Below, piece by piece: positions 39,612-52,738 of a stretch of DNA of 64,000 bases (the stretch's first letter is position 1; the number at the start of each line of letters is the position of its first letter). Source of the stretch: Eledone cirrhosa (Eukaryota); assembly GCA_964016885.1 (NCBI GenBank), contig OZ024764.1, positions 5,022,001 to 5,086,000 on the forward strand, in the 5' to 3' direction. The position numbers and the translations under genes were made by a program. Under the pieces are notes generated by a model that saw only the letters and a program-made list of their open reading frames with translations, made no database searches and had not been told where the DNA came from.

Positions 39612-40928
39612 ATAGGGTAGGTTACCATACGGTAGGGTACTGTAGGGTAGGTTACCATAGGGCAGGTTACTGTAGGGTAGGATACTGTCTGGTAGGTTAC
39701 CATAGGGTAGGTTACTGTAGGGTAGGTTACCTTGGGTAGGTTACTGTAGTGTAGGTTACTGTAGGGTAGGTTACTATAGGGTAGGTTACTGTATGGTAGA
39801 TTACTCTAGGCTAGGTTACCATAGGGTAGGTTACTGTAGTGTAGGTTACCATAGGGTAGGTTACCACAGAGTAGGTTACCTTATGGTAGGTTACCTTATG
39901 GTAAGTTACTATAGGGTAGGTTACCATAGGGTAGGTTACCTTATGGTAAGTTACTATAGGGTAGGTTACCATAGTGTAGGTTACCTTATGGTAAGTTACT
40001 ATAGGGTAGGTTACCATAGGGTAGGTTACCTTAGTGTAGGTAAGAATAGGGTAGGTTACCATAGGTTAGGTTACTGTAGGGTAGGTTACCATAAGGTAGG
40101 TTACTGTAGGGTAGGTTACCATAGGGTAGGTTACTGTAGGGTAGGTTACCATAGGGTAGGTTACTGTAGGTAGGTTACCATAGGGTAGTTTACCGTAGGT
40201 TAGGTTACTGTAGGGTAGGTTAACATAGGGTATGTTAGCATAGGGTTGGTTACCATAGGTTAAGTTCATATAGGTTGTTACTATATGGTAGGTTACTGTA
40301 GGGTAGGTTGCTATAGGGTAGGTTATCGTAGAGTAGGTTACCATAAGGTAGGTTACCGTAGGGTAGGTTACTATAGGGTAGGGTATCATAGGATAGGTTA
40401 CCATAAGGCAGGTTACCATAGAGTAGGTTACCTTAGGGTAGTTTACTATAAGATAGGTTACCATAGTGTAGCTTACCATAGGGTAGGTTGTTACCATAGG
40501 CAAGGTTACTATAGGGTGGGTTACCATAGGGTAGTTTATGATATGGTTGGTTACCATAGTGTAGGTTACTATAACATAGGTTACCATAGTGTAGGATACC
40601 TTAGATTAGGTTACCACAGGATAGGTTACTGTAGGTTAGGTTACCATATGGTAGGTTACCATAGGTTAGGTTAGCAATGGGTAGGTTACTATAGGTTGTT
40701 ACCATAAGGTAGGTTACTGTATGGTGGGTTACCATAGGGTAGGGTACCATAAAGTAGGTTATTATAGTGTAGGTTACCTTAGGATAGGTAACCATAGGGT
40801 AGGTTACTATGGGGTAAGTTACCATAGGGTAGGTTCCCATAGGGTAGGTTAACATAAGCTAGGTTACCTCAGGGTAGGTTACCATACCATAAAGTAGGTT
40901 ACCATAGGTTTGTTAAGGTTAGGCTAGG
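39612..40928 (+). repeat. 15-bp minisatellite array
   Basis: Tandem array. Confidence 0.95.
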
Positions 40929-43079
40929 CTGGTTTACTCGGTGAGTTAAAACTCACTTGTGACTGTAGTGTTTTAGAAGTGTCTCAATCTTTCATGCACC
41001 ACTAAATTTTTTAACTATTTCCCCTGAAACTGCCTTATTTTTGGGGGTCATCTTATCAATCGAATAGCGTCCTAAATCTAAATTATACTTCAGAATTTTA
41101 GGGGCCGACTTATGTACCGGATAGACTTGTACACCGGCATATATGGTATATATATATATATGCATGGAGGCACATGGCTTAGTGGTTAGAGCATTGGTCA
41201 TGCAATCGAAAGGTTGTGAGTTCAATTCTCAGACCGGGTGATGTGTTGGTTCCTTGAGCAAGACACTTTATTTCACATTGCTCCAGTTTACTCAGCTGTA
41301 GAAATGAGATGATAGGGACTGGGGTCCCTATCATTCCACTGCAAAGTGGTCGTGGAGGTGCCACGGCAAAAAAAGCACCCAGCACTCACTGTAAATGAGG
41401 TTGGTGACAGGAAGGGAATACAGCTGTAGAAATCAAGCCAGAATCAGTTCCCGTCCCGCCCTTGCAAGCAGGGAAAAGTGGACGTAAAATGAAATGATGA
41501 AAGAGAGATAGAGAGAAAGAGAGGGAGTGAGAGAGATACATTAAAACAATAACAGAAGGTCTGACTGGAGAATTTACTTTAGAATTCCTTCACGGAAATG
41601 TCTTATTTATCTGTAACACAAACTTCAAAAAACAAGACAACCACTTAATAATCGATAGATCAAGTGAGCCCTCCAGCTAGATAGATTTCCTTGTTACCAG
41701 AAGATAGAGTGACTGTTATAAACACAAAGTCCTTCCCTAGTGAAGAATGCACCTCCCAACATACCTTAGAATACAACCTGGAAGAAAAGAGTATAGATCA
41801 AAATCAAAAGGTCTTAAAGTCAATTTGGTAAAGACTAAAGTTCTAGTAAGTAGAAAGGAAAACTGGGCCCAGATCTCTTCAGGTAAACTGTCCTGCTCAG
41901 TGTGCAGAAAAGGAGTAGGTAGAAATTCCATCCTATGTCCCATATAGAAATGATGGGTACACAAAAGATGTTGTGGGATCTCAGGAAGGCTAACAAAGAA
42001 CGTAGCTTCTACATGTGGCCAGTGAACAGGGGCAGGAAATATCAAGATCTCTCGAGTTACAATCTCCTTCAAATGCCCAGAAGTCTCTGCAGAGGTGGTA
42101 GATAGTTTCTGTTACCTAGGTGACTAAATCAGCAGTGGAGTAGGGTGGTCCAAAAACTCAGTAACAAGAGTGAGATTAGATTGGAGAAAGTGCAGGGATC
42201 TACTACTACTGCTAACTACAAAACATTTTTCCATCAAAATGAAGGGCAGACTGTATGATGCAGGTATACAAACAACAATGTTGCACAGCAGCGAGACCTG
42301 GGCACTGTGTGTAGAAGATCTGTAAAGATTGGAAAGAAATGAAGCCTCCATGCTTCAATGGATGTGCCATAGTAATATATGCAAATGGCAAAACATAGGT
42401 TACCATTGGGTAGGTTACTGTAGGGTAGGGTACCATAGGGTGGGTTACCATAGGGTAGGTTACTGTATGGTAGGTTACATTTCGTTAGGTTACTGGAGGG
42501 TAGGTTACCATAGGGTAGGTTACCATAGGGTGGGTTACCATAGGGTAGGTTACTGTAGGGTAGGTTACCATAGGGTAGTTATGTAGGGTAGGTTACCATA
42601 GTGTAGGTTACTGTAGGGTAGGTTACCATAGAGTAGGATACTGTAGGGTAGGTTACCATAGGGTAGTTATGTAGGGTAGGTTACCATAGTGTAGGTTACT
42701 GTAGGGTAGGTTACCATAGAGTAGGATACTGTAGGGTAGGTTACCATAGGTTAGGTCACTGTAGGGTAGGTTACCATAGGGTAGGTTATTATAGGGTAGG
42801 TTACCATAGGTTAGGTTACTATAGGGTTGGTTGCCATAGGGTATGTTACCATAGGGTAGGTTACTATAAGGTAGGTTACCATACCATAGGTTAGGTTACC
42901 ATATGTTTGTTAAGGTTAGGCTAGGCTGGTTTACTCGGTGAGTTAAAACTCACTTGCGACTGTAGTGTTTTAGAAGAAGTGTCTTAATCTTTAGTGCGCC
43001 ACTAAATTTTTTAACTATTTCCCCTGAAACTGCCTTATTTTTTGGGTGTCGTCTTATGAATCGAATAGTGTCGTATAGG

Positions 43080-44010
43080 ACTATCTGGCATGTTTTCTAT
43101 GGCTGGATGCCCTTCCTAACACCAACCACGTTTACAGTGTGGGGACTGGGAGGTTTTTACCATGTTAACTACACGGCCAATTTACAGCGTGGACTGTGTG
43201 TTTTATTGTCATGACACCTACACAACCTCATTTATTTAGGACTGGATGTTGTGTGACCAACATAATTTTACAGAGATGGGGGTGGGAGTAGTGGGGTGGG
43301 GGCGTATATTTGGTTAAGAGGTGCCTACTGACTGTAGGTTTCGCTTTGTACTTAGGCAAGGGTGGTCTTCTGTATTACTGCGTAGCGCCAAAGATCTCGG
43401 TCCAGTGACATTGTCTTGGAGAGGTGTAAGTGTGTGAGATCGGAATTTATCAATTCGTCCCAGGGTTTTCTGGGTCTGCCTACTCCGTGGCTACCATCTA
43501 TTTTGATCGCCCTGCACTTTTTTATACAGCTGTCGTCTTTCATGCGCATCACGTGACCATACCAACGTAGTCTTCTCTCGAGTAAACAACATCTGATCCC
43601 TCTTATTCCTAATTTCTCACTTAGTTCATTTATGCTTTGCCGTTCACGTATATTACTATTACACATCCAGCGGAGCATGCAAACTTCATTCCTCTCCAGT
43701 CTGCGTATATCCTCTGCACACAATGCCCAAGTCTCACTGCCATGTAACATTGTTGTTCGTATGCAGGCATCATACAGCCTGCCTTTCATTTTTAGAGAGA
43801 ACCCTTTAGCGGCCAATCGTACAATGAAAAGAGCGTCTGTGATACTTTTACCTGACACAAACCCAAACTGCATTTCATCTAGATCAATTCTCTCTCTGAT
43901 TAGTTGCGCTATTACTTTTTCTGTGACCCTCATGAACTGGTCAATTAATTTAATGCCTCTATAGTTTCCCCTATCTAGGGCATCTCCTTTACCCTTGTAG
44001 CAGTTAATGA
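43080..44010 (-). mobile_element. Internally deleted RTE LINE, antisense
   Basis: ORF 43352-44065; duplicate of 4437-5150. Confidence 0.9.
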
Positions 44011-44423
44011 TGATGATATATATATAAAAGAAATAGGATTTCGCTTCAAGCATATCTTTATACAATATGTATAAATATTTTGTATCTCCAAAGAAATACG
44101 GTTTTAGGAAGCCTTAGCTCTGCAAACCCTGGGGGCTAACGTCCTCTGGTGATGTCCAGCAGAAGCAAAGGGGACAACCGTCCATCCATTTCAGGCTTAA
44201 CTGGCCATCGTCAGGACAGTCCCTCCCACTGCTTGCGACTGCTGGCCAGTTAAGCATGAAATGCATAGACGGTTGTCCCCCTTGCTTCTGCTGGACATTA
44301 CCAGAGGCCTTGAAACCCTAAGTCCCTTTTGTTCTGTGTATGAACAGAAATAAATAATGTAATATATATATATGTATGTGTGTGTATCTATTTATATATT
44401 TAACTATATGTTTCTCATTACAG

Positions 44424-44501
44424 GAACACCACTAATTTCTCCGAAAAATTTATTACTTCTCTCCAATGCAACCTTCCCTCCAATGATTACAAGAAATTTA
44501 T
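44424..44501 (+). CDS. Putative symmetric exon 6 (class A, expanded, 78 nt, phase 2-2; NTTNFSEKFITSLQCNLPSNDYKKF)
   Basis: tttctcattacAG | 78 nt | GTAAGT. The first 28 nt are identical to exon 1, the last 18 nt are identical to the end of exon 7, and the length is still 3n. Confidence 0.72.
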
Positions 44502-45358
44502 GTAAGTGTTACCTTAACATACTGTCTAACCATTGTTTAATCTGCTCCTCCCTCTACCTCTCCCTTTATACACACACACACATATATACCCCTATATATA
44601 TATGTATACACACACACACACAAATATATACACATATATACATATATATATACACACATATATATATAATCACATATATATATACATATATACAAGCGAG
44701 ACACGGCCTGCTGACCAATCTCGCCTTAAGTGGGACAAAACCGTCCAACCCATGCTAGCATGGAAGATGGACTTTAAATGATGATGATATATACACACTG
44801 ACACATATATATATACATATATATATACACATATATATACGCATATATTTATATATATATATGAGTTCAAGTCCGCCGAGGTTAACTTTGCCTTTCATCT
44901 TTACGAGGTCGATAAAATAAAGTACCAGTGGTGTACTGGGGTAATCGCTGGCCTTGTGCCAAAAGTATAAACTATATTTATATATATATATATATAACCA
45001 AAGATTAATATGGTTTGTTGATTACTTAATGAATACAGTTTTGCAATAGATTAGAAGCACTCAACAGTGAAAGTTTTCCTGGACTTTTTAATATTAACAA
45101 ATGAAAAATATTCTCATAATCAAAATATATACTTTATTATATACATTTCAAAGGTATATGACATACCTCTACGGTCTTGATTCTTCAATTCCAGTATTGC
45201 AGTCACTGCCAATACTGGAATTGAAGAATCAAGACCGTAGCGCTATGTCATAATCATATATTTTGTCTGATGAGGACGTACTGAAAAAACAACAATATAT
45301 ATAATATAGTATATATTTTGATTATGCGAATATTTTTCATTTGTTAACATTTTGAATA

Positions 45359-45408
<50 letters not shown>

Positions 45409-45474
45409 AGGTAAAATGAATAATGAAAGAGTTGCAAGCCTTTAAAACATATCTTTATAAAGCTCTTACATATG

Positions 45475-45520
<46 letters not shown>

Positions 45521-46316
45521 CATCATTATCATTTTATGTCCGCTTCTCCCTGCTTGCAAGGGTTGGGCTCTCACCACCACTGGCCATGTTTTTCGTGGTC
45601 TTCCTTTTACTGGGATTTTTTAGCACCTCTTTACCCAGCGGTCATCCTCGATGCGCATCACTTGTCCATACCATCTCAGTCTTCTCTCCTGCACACCACA
45701 ACTCATCCCCAGTTTCTCTCTCAACTCATCTATGGTCTTGTTGTTCACGCACATTGACACACACACACATATATATATTAATTCTATTGACTGATTAATA
45801 GCTCTTGTTAATTTTAAAACCATTCTGTTGAGAGCTTAATTCGTTTTGTGATATTTTGCAATAACACACATACTGAATTCATCCGCCAAAACTAAGGGTT
45901 GCCCCCCCCCCCCCTGTGAAGCCCCACGTGGGTTTTGATAACGGTCAGTCCTTGGCTTGGCACTGAACTAAAAGCCTGTTGCAAAAGTGACTTCCTTGTT
46001 CGATCATCATACAAAAAGCTTAACATTATTTGTCTAAGTAGACAGTACTTGATTTAGGAGTTGCAGAAACCCAATACTGGATATTACCAACCTTCCAGGG
46101 GTCCGGGTATAATTTTCCATCATATTTTATTTGTTTTACTCGAATTACTTGGTCGTGTCTATGGCTGTGCGGATAATTGTTTAACCATCGTCTCAGTGTG
46201 TTTGGCCTTTTAACTTATGTTGTTGCTCTAGTTCACTAGCTTCTATGGAGCGCCTGCCACACATCTCGGAAGTTGTTTTTCGTTAATTTCCAATAGCAGA
46301 AATGCAATTCTCGCTA

Positions 46317-46350
<34 letters not shown>

Positions 46351-47194
46351 GTATAAGGGATAACAAAATATCGTTATAGGTAATCCAGGTAGAAGTTGTG
46401 AATACTCTGTATTGTGGTTAGTCTTAGTCTACGGCGTTGTTTGACTCAACAAGAGGTTTCCGTAGGTGGCAAGTATTTGAGTTCTCTTGAATTTCTATGT
46501 AAGTTTATCTTGGAGTAATAATATTGAAAGCGTGAAGAATAACATGGTCAACAGTACAAAAGAAGGTTTTTATTTACAGTATTAACAATTGTTTCACTGA
46601 TTAAGTTGTCTAAAAATCGCTGAAAACTTAAAGCTGTGCCACTCAATCTACTATATATATTGGAAGTGGTCGGACGTTGTATATTTAAGTAAATAAGTAG
46701 GTGTAGTCGGATAAACGTCGAAACGGCTTGGTAGAATGCAGCGAAAATTTACACAGTTATGCAGAATTGTAGCAGTTAATGATGATGATATATATGTAAA
46801 AGAAATAGGATTTCGCTTCAAGCATATCTTTATACAATATGTATAAATATTTTGTATCTCCAAAGAAATACGGTTTTAGGAAGCCTTAGCTCTGCAAACC
46901 CTGGGGAGCTAACGTCCTCTGGTGATGTCCAGCAGAAGCAAGGGGGACAACCGTCTATGCATTTCAGGCTTAACTGACCATCGTCTGGACAGTCCCTCCC
47001 ACTGCTTGCGACTGCTGGCCAGTTAAGCGTGAAATGCATAGACGGTTGTCCCCCTTGCTTCTGCTGGACATCACCAGAGGCCTTGAAACCCTAAGTCCCT
47101 TTTGCTCTGTGTATGAACAGAAATAAATAATGTAATATATATATATGTATGTGTGTATCTATTTATATATTTAACTATATTTTTCTCATTACAG

Positions 47195-47224
47195 TACATA
47201 TATTATTGATTACAAGAAATTTAT
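47195..47224 (+). CDS. Putative symmetric micro-exon 7 (class A, 30 nt, phase 2-2; TYIIDYKKF)
   Basis: tttttctcattacAG | tacatatattattgattacaagaaatttat | GTAAGT. Phase 0 has a TGA stop. Confidence 0.75.
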
Positions 47225-48579
47225 GTAAGTGTTACCTTAACAAACTGTCTAACCATTGTTTAATCTGCTCCTCCCTCTACCTCTCCCTTTATACACACAC
47301 ACACATATATACCCCTATATATATATGTATACACACACACACACAAATATATACACATATATACATATATATATACACACATATATATACATATATACAA
47401 GCGAGACACGGCCTGCTGACCAATCTCGTCTTAAGTGGGACAAAACCGTCCAACCCATGCTAGCATGGAAGATGGACTTTAAATGATGATGATATATATA
47501 CACTGACACATATATATACATATATACAAATATATATACGCATATATCTATATATATATATATGAGTTCAAGTCCGCCGAGGTTAACTTTGCCTTTCATC
47601 TTTACGAGGTCGATAAAATAAAGTACCAGTGGTGCACTGGGGTAATCGCTGGCCTTCTGCCAAAAGTAGAAACTATAATTATATATATATAACCAAAGAT
47701 TAATATGGTTCGTTGATTACTCAACGAATACAGTTTTACAATAGATTAGAAGCACTCAACAGTGAAAGTTTTCCTGAACTTTTTAATATTAACAAATGAA
47801 AAATATTCTCATAATCAAAATATATACTTTATTATATATATTTCAAAGGTATATGACATACCTCTACGGTCTTGATTATTCAATTCCAGTATTGGCAGTG
47901 ACTATATATTTATAGGCAAAATGAATAATGAAAGAGTTGCAAGCCGTTAAAACATATCTTTATAAAGCTCTTACATATGTTATATATATATATATCATCA
48001 TCATCAGCAGCGAGACCTGGGCACTGTGTGTAGAAGATCTGTAAAGATTGGAAAGAAATGAGCCTCCATGCTTCAATGGATGTGTCATAGTAATATATGC
48101 AAATGGCAAAACATAAATGTACTGTGAGAGGATTTAGGCATAAGAGGGATTAGATGCAGTGTGCAGGAGTGGGATTGTTTTGGTATAGACATGTGATGTG
48201 TATGAAGGGTGACAGCTGTATAAAAAGGTGCCAAACGCACAAAGTTGACAGAGGCCGTGGAGTGGGCAGGTCTAGGAAGACTTGGGATGAGGTAAGGAAA
48301 GCTGATTTTGTACAATTACACCTAGCTAAGGCAATGACACAGGATGGTGACCTCTGGCGCTATGCACAATTATAGAGGACTACATCCACAATCCACCAGA
48401 CATTTTCCCTACCAACACCCCACACAAGTTCCCAAACCTCACCATAAAGTGGTCCCGCTGCAGCCATGACAAACGTGTCCAGTCCACACTGTACAGTGGT
48501 CTTGTAGGTGTCTTGCCAAAAATCAATATTGGGCCTTAAAACCTTGAGTCCCTTTTGTTCTGTGTATGAACATAAATAA

Positions 48580-49112
48580 TTGTTTCTACTTTTGGCACAA
48601 GGCCAGCAATTATCCAGTGCATTACTGGTACTTTATTTTATCGACCCCGTAAGGATGAAAGGCAAAGTTAACCTCGGCGGGATTTGAACTCAGATCATAC
48701 AGGGAGGTAACTATGCTTCAAAGCATGGCGTCCGACTCTCTACCGATACTGCCAATCCACCGCCTGAACATAAATAAATAATTGGTTCTACTTTAGGCAC
48801 AAGGCCAGCAATTACCTAGTACATTACTGGTACTTTATTTTATCGACTCCGTAAGGATGAAAGGCAAAGTCAACCTCGGAGGGATTTGAACTCAGATCGG
48901 AAAGGGACGTAACTGAATAAATAATTGTTTCTACTATTGGCACAAGGCCAGAAAATTACCCAGTACATTACTGGTACTTTATTTTATCGACCCCGTAAGG
49001 ATGAAAGGCAAAGTTAACCTCGGCGGGATTTGAACTCAGAATGGCAAGGGCCGTAACTCTATGCGTCAAAGCATGGCGTCCGAACCTCTACCGATACTGC
49101 CAATCCACCGCC
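48580..49112 (-). mobile_element. Three tandem antisense Meta-like SINEs
   Basis: Three diverged copies starting at about 48580, 48782 and 48924, each separated by aataaataat. Confidence 0.75.
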
Positions 49113-49194
49113 ACTGAATAAATAATGTAGTATATATATATATATTTGTGTGTGTATCTATTTATATATTTAAGTATATTTTTTGTAATCACAG

Positions 49195-49236
49195 GGCTGA
49201 TACAGAGGAGGGTACCGCTCCAGAAAATAATGACGA
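49195..49236 (+). CDS. Putative symmetric micro-exon 8 (class B, 42 nt, phase 2-2; ADTEEGTAPENND)
   Basis: gtaatcacAG | ggctgatacagagg...aatgacga | GTAAGT. The upstream TTTAAC motif has changed to TTTAAG. Confidence 0.7.
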
Positions 49237-49294
49237 GTAAGTTTTACATACTATCTAACCATTATTCTATCTGTTCCTTCCCGTCTCTCTCTCT

Positions 49295-49331
<37 letters not shown>

Positions 49332-49557
49332 AGGTGTATTACTGGTTGTGTAAAACGGTCCAATAAATTTTTGTTAGCAATATTAAGTCTCCACGCTTTT
49401 GTATATCTCCAATTCCATTTAAGGGAACAGCTAGATGATGTAAAACGGAGTATTTCTATCAAAATGAAAATCCGAAGGCAAGGTAAAATTTCCAATCATT
49501 TTAATCACATCGTGATTAAAATGATTGGAAATCTTACCTTCCTTTGGATTTTCATTT

Positions 49558-49629
<72 letters not shown>

Positions 49630-50324
49630 CTGTCTCTTATAAACCACGTTGGCTATTATGACACTCTCTCCAACATAGAGAGCTATGTTGGCTAATATGA
49701 CTATCTCTCTCTATGTTGGCTATTATGACTCTCTCTCTCTCTCTCTATCCCTCCCTCTCTATGTTGGCTAATATGACTCTCTCTCTCCCTCTCTATGTTG
49801 GCTATTATGACTCTCTCTCTCTCTATGTTGGCTATTATGACTCTCTCTCTCTCTATGTTGGCTATTATGACTCTCTCTCTCTCTATGTTGGCTATTATGT
49901 CTCTCTCTCTCTATCTATGTTGGCTATTATGACTCTCTCTCTCTATTTATGTTGGCTATTATGTCTCTCTCTCTCTATCTATGTTGGCTATTATGTCTCT
50001 CTCTGTTCAAGCTTTATGAAGTTAGTTGAACATCTTCAAAGTCCTCCCATATTCGCCTTGTCTAATATGCGTTCTTGTACCTGATTATTTCCCCCAAATC
50101 TCCTGGGATGTTATAAACCATGATGGCTACCTATCTCACAATTTCTCTCCTGCCCACCCCCTCACACCACCATAGTCTATTCGACCAATCAAACCTCAGC
50201 AACATGTCCCCCACCCATTACCAACCCCAACAAACTCTGCCATTACTACTACTTCTACTTTTCTTCTAGCCCTTACCAGCCCCAACAAACCCTGACATTA
50301 TTACTACTATTGTCCTTCTAGCTA

Positions 50325-51575
50325 TGGGCTGAGGATAAATGGGGCTACCCCAAATTAATAAATGAATATGAATCCGCGAGTTACCAAGCACCCATGCAAA
50401 GCTTTAATTCAGAGACAGGAAGCATACACACCCCACTGCAAAAATTCACCCTTTCCCACGAGTGGTGGCAAATGCCCAAAACTCCGAGTTGGAACCATCA
50501 ATGTAAGCACAATGAAAGGAAGAGCAGGAGAAATTGTAGAGATGCTAGAGCGAAAGAAAATTGATGTATGCTGTGTGCAAGAGACTAGATGGAGAGCAGA
50601 GTCCGCTGGAGTCCTTGCAGGCAGAAGTCAGTGCTACCAATTTGTCTGGGTAGCAAATGACAACAGGATGGGAGGTGTAGCTATCCTATTAGCTGACAAA
50701 TGGGTAGATAAGGTAATCTCAGTGAACAGGGTGAATGCAAGAATAATGAAACTTGGACTAGTCCTGAATAAAACAATTGCCACAATAATATCAGCTTACG
50801 CACCCCAATTGGGGTTGCCAGCTGACTATAGCGGGGAATTTAGTTTAGAGGTCGGTGTCCACCAGGGCTCTGTTCTTAGCCCACTCCTGTTCGTTGAAGT
50901 ATTGCAAGCAATAACGGAGGTGATTATGACCGGTGCCCATGGGAACTCCTATATGCGGATCATCTCACACTTATAGCCGAATCTATGGTGGAACTATACT
51001 TGCTCAGTATGTAGGAAAGGAGTAGGCTGGCTGCAAAAGGTTTTCCCCTCAAAATGAAAAGCAGACTGTATGATGTGGGTATACGAATAGCAATGTTACA
51101 TAGTAGTGAAACCTGGGCGCCGTCTGTGGAAGACTTGCATAGATTAGAAAGAAACGAAGCCTGCATGCTCCGATGGATGTGTAATAGTAATATACGCAAA
51201 CGGCAAAGCATAAATGAATTGAGAGAGTGACTGAGCATAAGAGGAATGAAATGCTGTGTGCAGGAGAGGATGTTGCATTGGACATGTGATGCGTATGAAG
51301 GATGACAGCTGTATAAAAAGGTGTAGAGCAGTAGAAGTCGATGGAAGCCGTGGAGTGGGGAGACCCAAGAAGAGCTGGGATGAGGTGATAAAAGCCGGAC
51401 TCACTGTAAATGAGGTTGGTGTTAGGAAGGGCATCCAGCTGTAGGAATCAAGCCAGAATCAGTTCCTGTATGAGCAAGACAAGGTCAGCTGAACAGACAC
51501 TGCCCACAACAGGACAACCCGTCTAACCCATGCTTGCGTGGAAGAATGGACGTAAAACAGTGATGAAGATGATAT
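50325..51575 (+). mobile_element. Internally deleted RTE LINE (EN + RT fragment + 3' end)
   Basis: ORF 50362-50976. Confidence 0.9.
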
Positions 51576-51827
51576 ATCATATATGCCAGTGTACTATTTG
51601 ACATTTGGAGCCTAAAAATATCTCTCCAAAACCAGGGGTCGACTTGTCTGCTGAATATAGTATGTTACCTTTACCACTGAGGGGTAAACAGTGAAACTGC
51701 CTGCCTAACACTTGTTGTACACCACTTACCATAACTCTAGCAACCCACCACATTTATTTCTACTGAATCTCATATTTGTTAAGTTTAACGTAGAGATTAT
51801 AGTAATATCAATGTCTTGCTGTAGCTT

Positions 51828-52738
51828 ATAGGGTAGGTTACCATAGGGCAGGTTACTGTAGGGTAGGATACTGTCTGGTAGGTTACCATAGGGTAGGTTA
51901 CTGTAGGGTAGGTTACTGTAGTGTAGGTTACTGTAGGGTAGGTTACTATAGGGTAGGTTACTGTAGGGTAGATTACTCTAGGCTAGGTTACCATAGGGTA
52001 GGTTACTGTAGTGTAGGTTACCATAGGGTAGGTTACCACAGAGTAGGTGACCATAGGGTATGTTATTATAGGGTAGGTAACTGTAGGTTAGGTTACTGTA
52101 GGGTAGGTTACCTTATGGTAAGTTACTATAGGGTAGGTTACCATAGTGTAGGTTACCTTATGGTAAGTTACTATAGGGTAGGTTACCATAGGGTAGGTTA
52201 CCTTATGGTAGGTTACTTTATGGTAAGTTACTATAGGGTAGGTTACCATAGGGTAGGTTACCTTATGGTAAGTTACTATAGGGTAGGTTACCATAGTGTA
52301 GGTTACCTTATGGTAAGTTACTATAGGGTAGGTTACCATAGGGTAGGTTACCTTAGTGTAGGTAAGAATAGGGTAGGTTACTATAGGTTAGGTCACTGTA
52401 GGGTAGGTTAGCATAAGGTAGGTTACCATAGGGTAGGTTACTGTAGGTTAGGTTACCATATGGTAGGTTACCATAGGTTAGGTTAGCAATGGGTAGGTTA
52501 CTATAGGTTGTTACCATAAGGTAGGTTACTGTATGGTGGGTTACCATAGGGTAGGGTACCATAAAGTAGGTTATTATAGTGTAGGTTACCTTAGGATAGG
52601 TAACCATAGGGTAGGTTACTATGGGGTAAGTTACCATAGGGTAGGTTCCCATAGGGTAGGTTAACATAAGCTAGGTTACCTCAGGGTAGGTTACCATACC
52701 ATAAAGTAGGTTACCATAGGTTTGTTAAGGTTAGGCCA
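51828..52738 (+). repeat. 15-bp minisatellite array (internally shortened)
   Basis: Tandem array with the same start and end pattern as 17893-19195 but the middle missing. Confidence 0.95.
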
